Of a DNA stretch of 64,000 nucleotides, positions 23,390-36,000 are shown piece after piece (within the stretch, counting starts at the first letter, position 1; every line of letters starts with the position of its first letter). The stretch is from Klebsormidium nitens (Eukaryota; Plantae; Klebsormidiophyceae). The notes below the pieces were generated by a model, which ran no database searches, was not told the DNA's origin, and was given only the letters and a program-made list of their open reading frames with translations. Made by a program: the position numbers and the translations under genes. The stretch is taken from positions 1 through 64,000 of the forward strand of contig DF237179.1 in NCBI GenBank assembly GCA_000708835.1, given 5' to 3'.

Positions 23390-24660
23390 CATCTCAATCT
23401 TGAGACCAACCAGGCCGTTAGCTATGCCTCTCAATCCAGCCCACGTGTTTCGCAGCCCGGCTGCCAAACTGATCCCATGCCTGTCTGCGATTCGGCGCCT
23501 TGGTTGCACCCAAATCTGATCGAGCACCGCGACGAGCAGCGTGTAATACCACCGGGTGCGCACCTCGGACCCCGTTTGGAGGAGGCGGCTTACGCGCCAG
23601 ACGTCAGGCTTCTGCAAGCGTGACGTCATGGCAGGGGTTTTAGAAAGCGAGCTGTGCGTTGCAGAAGTCTGGAAACTTCAGGAAGAGGTGATATCATCGA
23701 TGGCAAGATGCGTCTCTGAACTGCGATTCTGAGCAACATTTGTTACCAGCTTCAGGGATCATCTCACAGGTGAAAGCCCCTTGTCTTGGCCCTCTTTTTA
23801 GATGCATCGTCTTGACAAGGTGCTTGGTCAAGACCTCAAAGACCAACGTTGCAAGAATATTTAAATCTGAACTTTGAGCCTGTGCTGCACAGAACTTGGA
23901 CTCGCATGTCTCCTGGGGTGCTGGAATCTTTGGAGCATCAAAGTATCCAGTAAACCTCACCGTGTTCTTGTCGCTGTCGTCGCCATTTTCGAAAGTGCCT
24001 CGTGCACGGATTGCCGCCAACTGTCGCTGATCTGCCTTTTGTCCAACGAGACGGCCCCTTCCGGCACTTGCGAATTGGGGCCTGCCTAGAACGTTGAGCC
24101 GATTCACACCAAGCGCAGCCTGCGCGGACAAAGCAGATTTAGCAACGGTGAGACAAGTGCAACAATGCGCGCACAGGCTCCGTTCGAATCGCTTGCAGCT
24201 TAAAAGAGTTTTGTGTTGTTTGCACCCTCCAGTCAGCACTTGTTCTTATGTTGCAGCCGTCACGCTTGACATTACCTGTTAAGGTGCCTTTGAAAAGATC
24301 ACGATAGATAGCAGCGGCAGAAGGCGCCACAGGCTCTCTTTGAAAAGCAAAGGCATAACCTCAGAAGGAGGCACTAGTCAATCGGTATGTCATACTGTAT
24401 TTGCTTCGCCTTGACGATATTTTCTTTCCAACAAAATGCATGAAAGAAGCAATCAGTGTACAGAGTGCACTGTGCCACAGTTCCCCACCTCCACCTCCTC
24501 TCTTGCCTCTCCGCTCTCCATGGCCGCAGCAAGATTGGCTGGCAGCCCCTCCTTGCAATCCTTGTCAACTTCATCTAGACGTTTCTTCAGGTCGGCTATG
24601 CCGCTCAGAGGAATGGCGTCCAGCCATGCGGCAAGCTCTTTGCTAGCTGCCTCCAAGTGC
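23390..24660 (-). CDS. Probable further 5' exons of the uncharacterised membrane-protein gene
   Basis: Exon-like blocks with good acceptors: from 24660 (HLEAASKELAAWLDAIPLSGIADLKKRLDEVD), 24085-23961 (GRPQFASAGRGRLVGQKADQ..DKNT|GTGAGG) and near 23610 (KPDVWRVSRLLQTG..RWYYTLLVAVLDQIW). Some donor sites and phases are not resolved. Confidence 0.5.
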
Positions 24661-26388
24661 CTGCAGAATGGACAGACTGCTTTTCAGGGTGACCCAAGTG
24701 TAGACCACATATGCTGATGAGTGAGACCAGCTCTAATGGCTACAACGTCTCGTTCCAGCTTGAGGTGTTGTGGAAGCAGGCAGAATGAAAAGGTCTGTGA
24801 GTCAAACCTGCACTGCGTTTGTCATTCAGCACTACACGAATAGACAACTTTTGTTCTGCAACAAAGAGCTTAAGGTCAGCAGGGACAATGACCTTTCCAC
24901 TGCGCCAAGTGCATCTCCTGAATTCTCAGAAGGTGCCAGGAACCACTTCTGATTGCTTTGAGAATCTGCGTGTTGATTCCCAACAACCAGTTGTTTGAAA
25001 CCTTTGAACAAAAGCTTTGCTTTACAACAGCCTTGTTCGACTAAAGACCATTTTGAAGCTTGCAAGAACCAGGGCCAGTGAGATTGTTCAGAATTACCAC
25101 TGACTCATCATACTAATGTGGATTTAATGGACCTCTGCCAGTGGACATAGAGAAACGTCGTCATATGAAGGAAAGCAATAGGAAAACAAGACTTGCTGGA
25201 CTGCTACACACAAGACCACCAACCTTTCAGTCTGCTGACTGATGCAGGTTGCATGGGGTCCCGATCCTTTAAGTTGCACAGCACCTTTAGGTGCAATCTT
25301 CGCAGATGGTACAGGAAACTCGAGAGAAGACACCAAGCTCAATTAGCACCACACGCTGCAGCACTGGTGGCGAATCTGTTTGTATCCTTGGATAGGGAGA
25401 CATACATTGGACAAGAAGGCAGGATCAAGCTGATGCTGGCATGGCAACTCTCACCTTTGCCTGTCACCCTCTGAGCCCTCCATTGGCCCCTTGTTGTACA
25501 GCTTTGAACACGATTCTCCTGGCACTTAACAACCAATCTTCTCTTAAAAATGGCTTCTCACTGTCAGCTTTCGATCGATCTTGATGCCAGTCCCCCTCGA
25601 CTCAGCTTTGAGGAATCAACCGTCTGAACCTGAATTGCTGCAGGTGTTTGCAATGAAGCCAAGACCAACGGCTTGAGGAGGAGGACATGACAAAAGCTAT
25701 CCCTAGTCAATAGCTCAGCAACTTCAATATGCAGCGTCCTTTTGAAGCCGGTAGGTTTGGCGTGCTTGACCATGCAAACTTTTCTTGATTTCATCAACAA
25801 AATTTACCTACATAGTAAGACCATTGAGGAGTACATGATTTGCTGCTGCAACTTGCAGTGAAACATCCGACTCAGCTCATGGCTTGCTCGCGCAGAGGGA
25901 GTGCTCAGATGACGTTGGCATCCATGGATGCGTACCCGGGGGACATGACGTCGGCGGCACCCCGACCAGCGTCCCCGCCCGGGGGATGTTCGGGGTCCAA
26001 TTTCCGCGAAGTTGTGTCCCAGTTGAAGCGATTAAGTCCGGACACACCCCCGGGGATCACTATGTCACATCGTGTTGCCTGACCGTCGATTCCCCCTTGG
26101 TGACTGCGAGCGCGCGCTCCGGTCCTTCCCATCCCCAAATCTGTATCAGGGACTGTAAGATACAGCACGAAGATGCTGTAGTCTACTGTAGTCCTAAGTA
26201 GGTACACAGAGCACCCATCCACGCAGTCGTCTTCCTCTTGAGTCTCAGTATACCCCCGTCAGTTCTTGGTCTTAGATGTTGACAGACTCGGGAATTGCTG
26301 ATTCAAGATAGTGAGTCCTAGAGCTGCGTGTACCTACTGTTCAACATTTGTATGTGTGTCTTGAAGTCGTGACGCCGTTGCAAGCATA

Positions 26389-26730
26389 CAGCAGTTTCGG
26401 AGCAAGCTGCCCGGTTGCGGTCGATAGATAGGGTCTATTTAGATACTAAATTTTGGCTAAACTTTAGCTATTGCTTTGACGTCATCTATGATCTAAACTA
26501 TCCGCCCGTATCAGCCGCCGAGATAAACAATGGGTGGTTTTCGAGCCGTCGATCGTCTCAGCAGGATCCATCGGAAGGTGCACAATTCTTACCACGTGGT
26601 AAGATTGTTCTCCATCATGACGTCAATCAGTTTGGTAACGTAACTAAACGTACAGTAAGGTTAGCCTAAACTTAGACTAAATAGACCCTATCTATCGATC
26701 GCAACCGGGCAGCTTGCTCCGAAAATGCTG
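26389..26730. mobile_element. 342-bp MITE with about 70-bp terminal inverted repeats and TA target duplication (Tc1/mariner-type, non-autonomous)
   Basis: Left end cagcagtttcggagcaagctgcccggttgcggtcgatagatagggtctatttag matches the reverse complement of the right end at 52/54 nt, with looser pairing to about 70 nt. TA at 26387-88 and 26731-32. No transposase ORF. Confidence 0.9.
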
Positions 26731-27041
26731 TAACGTCTTGTGTTGAGAATTCAATCTGCAAGCTCTAGTGTAATATTTCATCATTACATACTCTTATAGA
26801 AGGTGGTCCGAGCTGGAAGCATGCTAACGCAGTCCAAGTCTGCATCAAAGCCAGATTTTAGCTAGGCTGCTAGCTCTTAGAAAAAGCTGATCTGCGGTGC
26901 GTTTCAAATGGCTGAAGAATGCTTGCCACTAGTTTGCTGAAGAATCCATGAAAATATCCCTGCTGCAATGTGCAGCTCGCGGGCACTAGCAGTCCAGCTC
27001 TCACCGCAGATAAGAATGTGACCCCAGACAGGAGACTCGAT

Positions 27042-30000
27042 ATGGAGAGGTTGCAGGGTGACATTGCAAGCCCGCGGGCAGCTGGAGTTTCAAGCAAGAA
27101 GTCCAGCATGACCAAAGGGCCGCTACTTGGAACCACCATCAAGTACAAGAAGTACGATGAGCATGGCGCGTCGGACATCGGGGTCCAGGTAAACATGCTA
27201 AGCGCGACTACGCAAGCTACCGCAGCTCTGAATGTTCTGCAATGTTGTTTCCATAGCTGCACGAAGCAGCTCAATTAGGGTTTGTGGAGCAAAGAAGCGG
27301 CCCGTGGCATTAGCCTTAGCTACCACGTCAAGAAGCAATCACAAGGGACAGAACAGCCGGCACAAGAGTCTCGGGCCCTATTTTGGCAAGGCCTCGCTGC
27401 ACCCGCTTCTTTCAGCTGGCCTTACAAGCCCGCTCTTCATGTCAATTGACTCGCAGGGAGAGCCGACAAGGAGTGCAGGTAAACAATGTGAGGATAACGC
27501 TAGCATTATGCAGGGCAGGACGTGAGCTTATTTTGGCATTGGAAAATCCGATAATGACATCTCCTTGGCTCTGCAGAGAGCACCCAGTGAGCTCCTCCTG
27601 GACCTCGCTCGGCCCCCGAACTCGGTGGCGGACGGAAAGTCGCGGGCACGGCCGCTTATTGTGGAGCGGCTCGACATGCGGGAAAATACCACTCAGGTGA
27701 GACATGCAAGAAGACATGTTTGTCGAGAACGAAGTAGCTGAGTAATGTGTTGATCAAGGCCAGAGAGCGCCGTATGCTTGCCGCTCAAGGTGCAGGTATT
27801 CACACTCTGGAAATGTGGCAACAAAGAGCATGCCAAACCCGTAACTGCGCTGATGCACAGAACTGGGACGGTGGCCGGGCCTACTGCCAGTCTCCGCAAA
27901 ACAGGAACGGCGGGCTCGCAGAGAAATGTGACAGCGAGCATGATCCTCTTAAAGCGCCAGACGGTTGCACGAATGGAGGAATATGCGCGAGCAGTGGGGC
28001 AGCAATTGCTGGCCCCCCGAGTTTCCGTCTCTGTCATCAGCACTCTGGACAGAAAGGCTCAGAGAATCTCAAGAGATGCATACACAACACACCATGTGAG
28101 CTCTTGCCCGGGCCTCACATCAGGAACTGGGCACGGATCTCACCACGCTTTCCTGAACTTGCAGGTCGAGAGCGCCGTGCCCGAAGACGAGCCTCTCTTC
28201 CAGCCCTTCCCGCCTGAGATCCGCTTCCATAACTACAAGGCCTTTGAGCGGTACGAGGCGCTGGTGTATCTGCGGAACAATGACAAGGTGCGCTGACACA
28301 CACTGGTAATCCTGGCAACTATTTGACAGCGGTAATTTTGATACAGCATACAGGGCCGGGAGGCCCGCCGCAAAAGGCCTTTGGGCAAGGACGACCAGTT
28401 CAAAGGGTCATGCAGTGGCGCGCATGAAAAGGCTACTCGATACATCGGCAGTCTGGTTGGCATTGTACTGATTCACACTGACAATCGGCAACTCCAGGGC
28501 GCAAAAAGCATTGGATCGCAGTTCTTCTCATGAAGAATTCCCGTTGTGACGTTCCAGGTTGTCCGCCGGGTTCGCGCCCTGCCCATCGAGTCCAATCACT
28601 TTTCCGTCGAGCTGGGCATCCCCAAGCCAATCAGCAAGCGCCAGGTGGCGCCGCAGCACGCCGAGGACGGGAGCAGCAAGGTTGCCTGCGGAATGGAGGT
28701 CTGCTACAAGGTGGTTTTTCAGCCGGACTCGACTGCGGACTTTCAGGGGGAATTGCACTTTGTGACGGAGAGGGAGCGCTTTATGCTGCCAATCAAGGCG
28801 ACCGGTGCACGAGGTAAGGGACTTCTTCAGCGTCTAGCTCTCCTGAAACAATCGCTTCTTGCTATGAATTTCCAATAGATGTTCGTGCTGGCATAATCGA
28901 GCTGTGGAGCAAAGCCCAGCCAGTTTGCCAGACGGAATCTGCCATTTCAGGACCATCAATCACTCACTGGAATTTTTAGATCTCCGTAAAATCCTACGAC
29001 TCCATAAGTTACCACCGCCGATCGTCCTGCAGGTGCACTCGACATCGCTGATTCAATGAGCTTTGCCGACTGCCCCGCAAAGAGTGTCGCAACCAAGGTG
29101 AGAGAAACGTGATAACGGAAGGTTTTGCCGGTTGTTTGTACTCGATTGAAGTGTACCCCTACACTTACAGCGATTTGAGCAAAACGACAATGTTGCGATC
29201 ATCCGACGGCCAGATCGTCAAAACATCCAATCTGAACTCGGGAGTTACAACGTCTCTCTTTTGGCAGATTGAGGAAGACTCGAAAAAATTCTTGTGCAAA
29301 AGCAGGCGGGCAGACGCAAGAAGCGTGTAAAGGTAGACCCGGCCTGTCAGTCAGCATCAACGCAGAGTCCCTCAGAAACCCATGCCGAGGACGGGGACTC
29401 TCTAGACATAGTCGGGGTGACCAAAAGCGTACCTTAGTCGTGTGATCAACGATCATGCGTAAAAAGTGTTCACATAAAGGCTATGAGTGGAGCAGCTCAA
29501 TTAAGCAGCAACCAGGATACCGCCACGTGGTGCCTCTGTCCAGACCGTTCGGTTGCATCTGCCCCAAACAAGCGGACCCTTCACTGCGACGTCATTTCCC
29601 AACCTTTTGTGATCTATCCGGTCAAACGATCTATCCGGTCAAACGATCTTCCCCCCTGCAGACTTTCACGGTTCAGAACGTGGGCCAGCGCACCGCTGTG
29701 TTCCAACTGCACGCACCCCCCCATTTCGGGATCACCCCCTCCCAGGGCACGCTCGTCGTGGGCGGCAGCATGCAGATGGCGCTCAGTTTCCACCCCCCCG
29801 GAGCGGAACTGTACCAGGGGCTGCTGGAAGTGGCCTACGATACCGGGGAATGCACCGTCACCAGGTACGCCTTCACACCCGGGTTGCAGTCGCTTGAACC
29901 CTTTTGTCACTGCGTTTCCAGCCGCTCCGAGCGAAATTGTTGCAGGGATTCTTAAAAGTGGCCTACGATACCGGGAAATGCATCGTCACCAGGTCGTTAT

Positions 30001-33000
30001 GCTAACCCGGGAAGGGTTTTCTCGGAAGGTTTTGTGTTTCTCGTCAAGCGAAAAGAGCCTTGAAATCGTACACGGAGTGGGGACATCAGATTGCACACCG
30101 TCGAAACCTGTGCGTTCACACACCAGCAAATGTCCTTTGAAGCCTGACTCTTCTATGGAGCAACGACGTCAGATTCGCACCGGCAAAGCGTGCGCATGCC
30201 CACTGGCCACCTCTTGGCAGGGAATTCTGTAACCAAGATTGTGCTCCAGTAATTGAGAAGATGCGAAGGCGTCAGTCTGGCGTCGGACGGTGAAAGCCGT
30301 CCCGTCTGCTTCTCTAGAACACTGGTTTCTGACCGTTACTTATCCATTTGGATGCTTGTAAACGTTTTGACTCTCTAGCTCTTGCCGTAAACGGGTCTCG
30401 TCGTCCGCCACAACCGACTCTACACCACCGGTTGAGCTTCTAAAAATATCCAACAAATATACAACAAACAAGTTTCAATGCCTAAAACATGCAACGAAGA
30501 AGTTCCGGCATGGCGCAGGCTGTCTGGTCGGGGCCATGAGGTGGACATCGGTCTCTCGACGCGCGCGCTCGACTTCGCGCCGACGTTCCTGCACAAGACC
30601 TCCACCAAAACCTTCCGCCTCCAAAACCGGAGCGCCATAAAAGCGCCCTTCTCCTTCAAGGCCCTCCCTTCCGCCGAGGCCGAGGCCGTCGCGCGAGCGC
30701 GCGCGCTCGCGGACCTCGCAGCTCAGGAGGCGCGCGAGCGCGAGCTGCTGATCCGCGATGACGTCAGCGACGGCGCGGATTCCGCCGGAAGCGACTCGGA
30801 GGACGAGGATCGCGTCTTGGGCAGCGCCCATCTGGCGCTGGCGAAGAAGTTCAGGGCGCTCCGCGCGGCTGCGGCTGCGGATTCCGGCGGATTTCGCTCG
30901 GACATCTTCGCCGTGTCCCCGGCGGAAGGGGAGATCTGGCCGCACGGGGAGGTCGAGGTTTCCGTCACCTTCTTTCCGGCGGATCCACTGCAGTATCAAG
31001 CGACGGTGTACTGCGACGTTGCGGGCAGAGCGGAACGGATTCCGGTGGACTTCCGGGGGCTCGGGAAGGGGCCACGGGTGCTTTTTACGTACGAGAGTCT
31101 GGACGTCGGGGATGTCTTTGTTAACTCGGTCCGGATGTACGAGGTATGTGTCGCAAAAGCTTCCCGGAACCTGCTTCCAGATCCCGAATATTGTCTGGCG
31201 ACTGTCACTTACGCCTCGCTGATGTCGCTTGAAGAAAGTGATTCGGACTTTTGCTGGTCGAGGTTTCCTAAGGCTGACCTGTCGAAGTGTATCCTATCTC
31301 GCAACCAGACTGGCGGAGTTAAGAAACCTCATCATACTGATCCGGGTTCGTGTGCCTCAACAATTGTGTTGGAGTGAAAATCAAAGTAGACAGATGCAAA
31401 ATACTTAGGAGACAACTGGAGGCAGCCCCTCAGTGAACGCACCTGACTACAATTATTTCAAACCACATAAATTTCGCGCTTCGCGAACTTTTCCCCTTGC
31501 AACAAATCTTTTACGAAGCTCCTTTACAAATCTTTTCGGCACCAGGACCTACGCTGCGCAGGAACTGCCTTTTAACTTTGCCTTCCATCTTAGTCCCCAT
31601 AATTTGTTTTTCAGACCCCATTCCTTAACCAACCCGCTTCGCACAGGTGGCCCTGTGCAACAAGGGCGACATCGACGCAACTTTTCACCTAGTGCCCCCG
31701 ACTTCCGCGGTCGCCCAACGCTTCGCCTTCCAGCCCCAGTCGGGGACTCTGCGAGTGGGCGAGTCTCGCAACGTGCAAGTCCGCTTCTGCTGCGAAGTGA
31801 TGGGCGCGTTTTCGGAGCGCTTCGCGTGGCGGATCGACGGCTGCCTGCAGGACCTGACGCTCGAGATCAAGGGCAGCGTGGTGAGCCACGTGGCGGCAGC
31901 TTGACATGCCACGTCTTCGTGGCTCCGGTTCCGGTAGAGTCACGTTAAGCGAAGATCGGAAGGAACGATAAGCTATGCCATCAAAAGCGGAAGAAAGAAA
32001 CTTGTTTGCAGAGTATTCTTAAGTGGCCGGCCTGTATTGACAGTGGAAATTCGAAGAAGCCCTCTGACTTATCTGTGACGTCTTTCTGAAGAGGCTCCCT
32101 TCGCAGGATCTGATTGTACTCTTCATATATAAACTTGGGAACTGTCTGCGATGCACTTTAAGAATGCTGAATTCGTCTGTCCGTGCAGGTCGGCCCTACG
32201 TTCGAACTGGACGTCCGCGACCTCGATTTCGGACACGTGTCCTTCGGCTTTCCGTACACTAAGTCCGTCCTCTTCCACAACACGAGCGACATTCCGATCA
32301 ACTTTCGCCTGCGGATTCCGCAGGCGGACCCCAGCGGAGCGGCCTTCGAGGTGAGCCGTCGATACGAGTCACGATAGGGAAGATCCTTCAAATTTCCACA
32401 TCTCAAGTTGTAGATATTTTCAAGTCTGCAAAAAGGAGCCTCGTATCCAACCTCATGCTAGGGGCCTGTGCTTGCTGTAAATGCGCTTCCAAACAGGATC
32501 AAGGACACATTCTCCAGATCGCGCTTCGCAGAGTATTGCATATGATTTCTTTGTTTCGATGACGTCTTACTTTTACTTCTGAACCGGCGCCCAGACGCAA
32601 CAATCCTATTGCTGTAAGTTGGCTTACAATTGACATAAGGGATTGATGTACCCAGCCACGAGAGTCCAAGCTTTTCACATTCAGTACCTTGCAGCGATAC
32701 TGCTTGTACTTCTCCTATGTTTTCCAGCCCCAGAAGCTTACTCTTTCAGCCCGTACTTGTTCGCAGATTGAGCCAGAAGCGGGATCCATCCCGTCCCGTC
32801 AAAAGCAGAGCTTCCTAGTGAAGATCACCCCGCAAGCGGCCAGAGCTTTCAAGGAGAAGCTGGTGGTAGACCTGGTGGGGGTCAGAGATGGCGCGCTGGA
32901 AGTGCCTATCAGCGCAGCGTGCTCCGTGCCGCAGGTAAATAGATGCTTTCGAAGCCGATTCACAATATCTGTTGTATGCGCTCAATATATGGTTCTAATC

Positions 33001-36000
33001 GTTGGAAAGCCAAACTCAGACAACTCGGTAAATCCTCTCTTGATGGCGATCGGAGATGGGAGAGTTTTGAAAACATAGCTGCTTTCCGGTAAAGTATTCT
33101 TGACCCAATGTTCCTGTTCCTTAATAATCCTGTCCGATCTCGTAGAGGTACGATTTGGCTTACGCAGACAGAACGGATGGACAGCTCTTTGACGTGTTTC
33201 GTCTCTGCATCCTCGTTGATTTGAACCAGGCTAATTCATCCCGTTTCCCTTTGTTTATTTCAGGTCTCTCTCGCATCGCATCAGCTCGACTTTGGCACGT
33301 GCTTCCTCCGCTTTCCCTACGAGAAGACGCTCGAAATTTTCAACGAGTCGCCCCTTCCCGCCCGCTTCTCAGCCCTGCCGCAGCCCGAGCAGAGCCAGAC
33401 TTTGGCGACCTACTCACTGGATCCCCCCTCTGGAGTGGTCGCCCCCATGTCCGCCCAGACCGTAACGCTCACCCTCTCCACCGAACGGCTGGGAGTGTGC
33501 CACGTGCCCGCGGCGCTCAAGATCGACGGCCGGGAGCAGCCGTTCACGGTAACGGTCGCCGCGAACGGCATCGGCCCGAAGCTGAAGTTCGAGAAACCGG
33601 CTGTGATCGGGCGGCGCGCGAGCGCGATGCACCCGGGGAGAAAGTCCGCGCGCAAGAGCCTGGCCGAGGTCGCAAAACTAATCCGCTCGAAAGAGGGCCC
33701 GTTGATCGAGAAGCCGACTGCTTTGGAGAAATCGCAGAGCCGGCGCTCGAGTGCGGCGACCAGAAAAAGCGCCGAGTCGCTCAACGACTCTGCGCGCACT
33801 AGTGAGATCTACCCGGTTGAGAAGGTCTGGTCGCCCTGCATCGACTTCGGCAAAGTGGAGGTGCTGAAGGAGGTGCGGAAGGCGATCCTGGTGGTGAACG
33901 AGTCGCTGATTCCGGCGAACTTCAAGGCGTTCGTTGGGGCCAAAGAGTCGCCGTTCGCGGTCGACCGGAGGGAGGGGGTCATCGAGGCGGGGGCCACGCT
34001 GGAGCTACATGTGAGCGAAGAATGAACGCTGTCTTTTTCACGTTTGCTTTTTGGGGATTCTGGATTCAACAGCGGAATTCTATGCGGTTACGAAAGACGA
34101 CTGGAGAGGCTGGCTCAAACTAAGCAGAAAGAGAGTTGCGAAGCATCCAAGGACGATGCATTTCGCATCGACAGGAACACTGTTTGTCGGGAGGCTTCGT
34201 GGCGGGCAGCTCTTTGTGGAGTTCCGGCCGCTGCAAGTCCCAATGTCGAAGCTCGGCTGTACTATTTATGAGCCAAAAATCATCAGATCTGTCACCCTCC
34301 CTTTTTCTGGACATTCGTTTACCATATGAAAGAAGTGCTTGAAGTCACGAATCGGAAGGATGTCTGTTTGACTTCAGATTTCTTTCGTAATGTCAAGCCA
34401 ACCTTACTTCCTGCGCTCCTTAAACTGGCAGCAAGGATTGTGATTTTTGAGGGGGCTCGTTGTGTTATCCGTCCAATTGGCCTGTTTATCTACGGCACTT
34501 GTTCACCAAACGACAATACGATCTACAAGTCATATAAGGCGGGTGATTAGCTGACGTTGCCTGTAATGCTAACTTGATGTGGCGTCTTAGTTTCTGGTCT
34601 TCTGTTTGTAATCAGACTATATGTCCCGTTTTGTCGCTTGCCAGGTGACCGCTCTCCTGGAAGACAGTCTCAGATTCAAGGACACGCTCAACGTCATGGT
34701 GTCCGACGGGGGCGACTACACCATTCCGCTGACTGCCACCGGAACCGGATCCCTCATCTTGTGTGAAGAACTAGATGGCGGGCTCTTGCACTTCGGGCCC
34801 CAGTTTACGGCTCGATCCTTCTCGCGGGAGATCATTCTGTTCAACGCGGGGAAGCGCCCACAGACCGTAAACTGGTCGGCCGAGAACCGGGGAGAGAAGG
34901 AAGAAGAGGGCGACCAGAAGGGGCAAAAACGCCTGAGTCGGGTCGCCGCTTCGCCCCTCGGCGAAAGCAGCCGGGCCAACACTCTGAGTCTGGGGTCGAT
35001 TGATGAGAGCGCGGAGAAAGGCAAAGAGTCCGGGGGATCCCCTAAGCCCTCTTCCCCGGTTCTGAAGCGCACCCTGAGTGGGAGATCGGGGGCTGAGAAT
35101 GTCGCCCAGAAGGAGCCTGCGAGCGTGTTCAAGATTAGCCCGGAGCAGGCGACCATCGTGCCGGGGGGGTCGTGCACCTTTACTCTAACCGGTCTGGCCA
35201 CCACCCCCAGCGCGGTGAAAGAAATGGTGGTCTGCAAAGCAACGCTCGGCAAGATCTCCGCCCAGCTGTATAGCATATCCCTCGAGGCTGACGTCACTGT
35301 GCCGCTCCTCCAGTTCTCGAGCGAGAAGATGACGTGGGCTCAGTCCTGGGACCCCGCCCACGAGAATCTCACGGAGGAAACCCAGCCGTTAACGGTTAAG
35401 AATGTGTCGAAGCTACCGTTGTCGTTTACGTTGCGGTGCCAGCAGCCGTTCTCCCTCGACCGGTTATTCCTTAGCCTGGAACCTGACGAAGAATCGACGG
35501 TTTACGTTTCGTTCGACCCGGGGTTTGCGACCGGACGCTTAACCTCGACCGCAAAGGGGCGCTTAACGATTCTGTACTCTGATAACCCACAGAGAGACAG
35601 TATCGAGTTAGTGGGCGAGGTTAACTTCCCTAACCTGAAAATGGAGCCCGCACGGATCGACTTTGGCAGCGTTTTAAACGACACCAGTCGGCGCACCCAG
35701 GTGACGTTGGCAAACGTCAGCGCGCTCCCTGTGCGCTACAGCTGGGCGTTCCTCGAGGGCGACGCTGACGACATCCACGTCAGTTCCGGTTCCGGTTCCG
35801 TCGCGCAGCGGAGCCTCGGGGGCGGAACCGGAACGCCGAAGCGGGGGGCCAAGCTACCGGCGAACCGCATCTTTGACATTCTGCCGATCAAGGGGTGTCT
35901 CATGCCCGGGGAAACGGAAACCGTTGAAGTTAGTTACTACGCGCATCCGAACTACCGGTGTAAATGCGTGGCAGTGTGCGAAGTGGAGGGGGGGCCGGAT

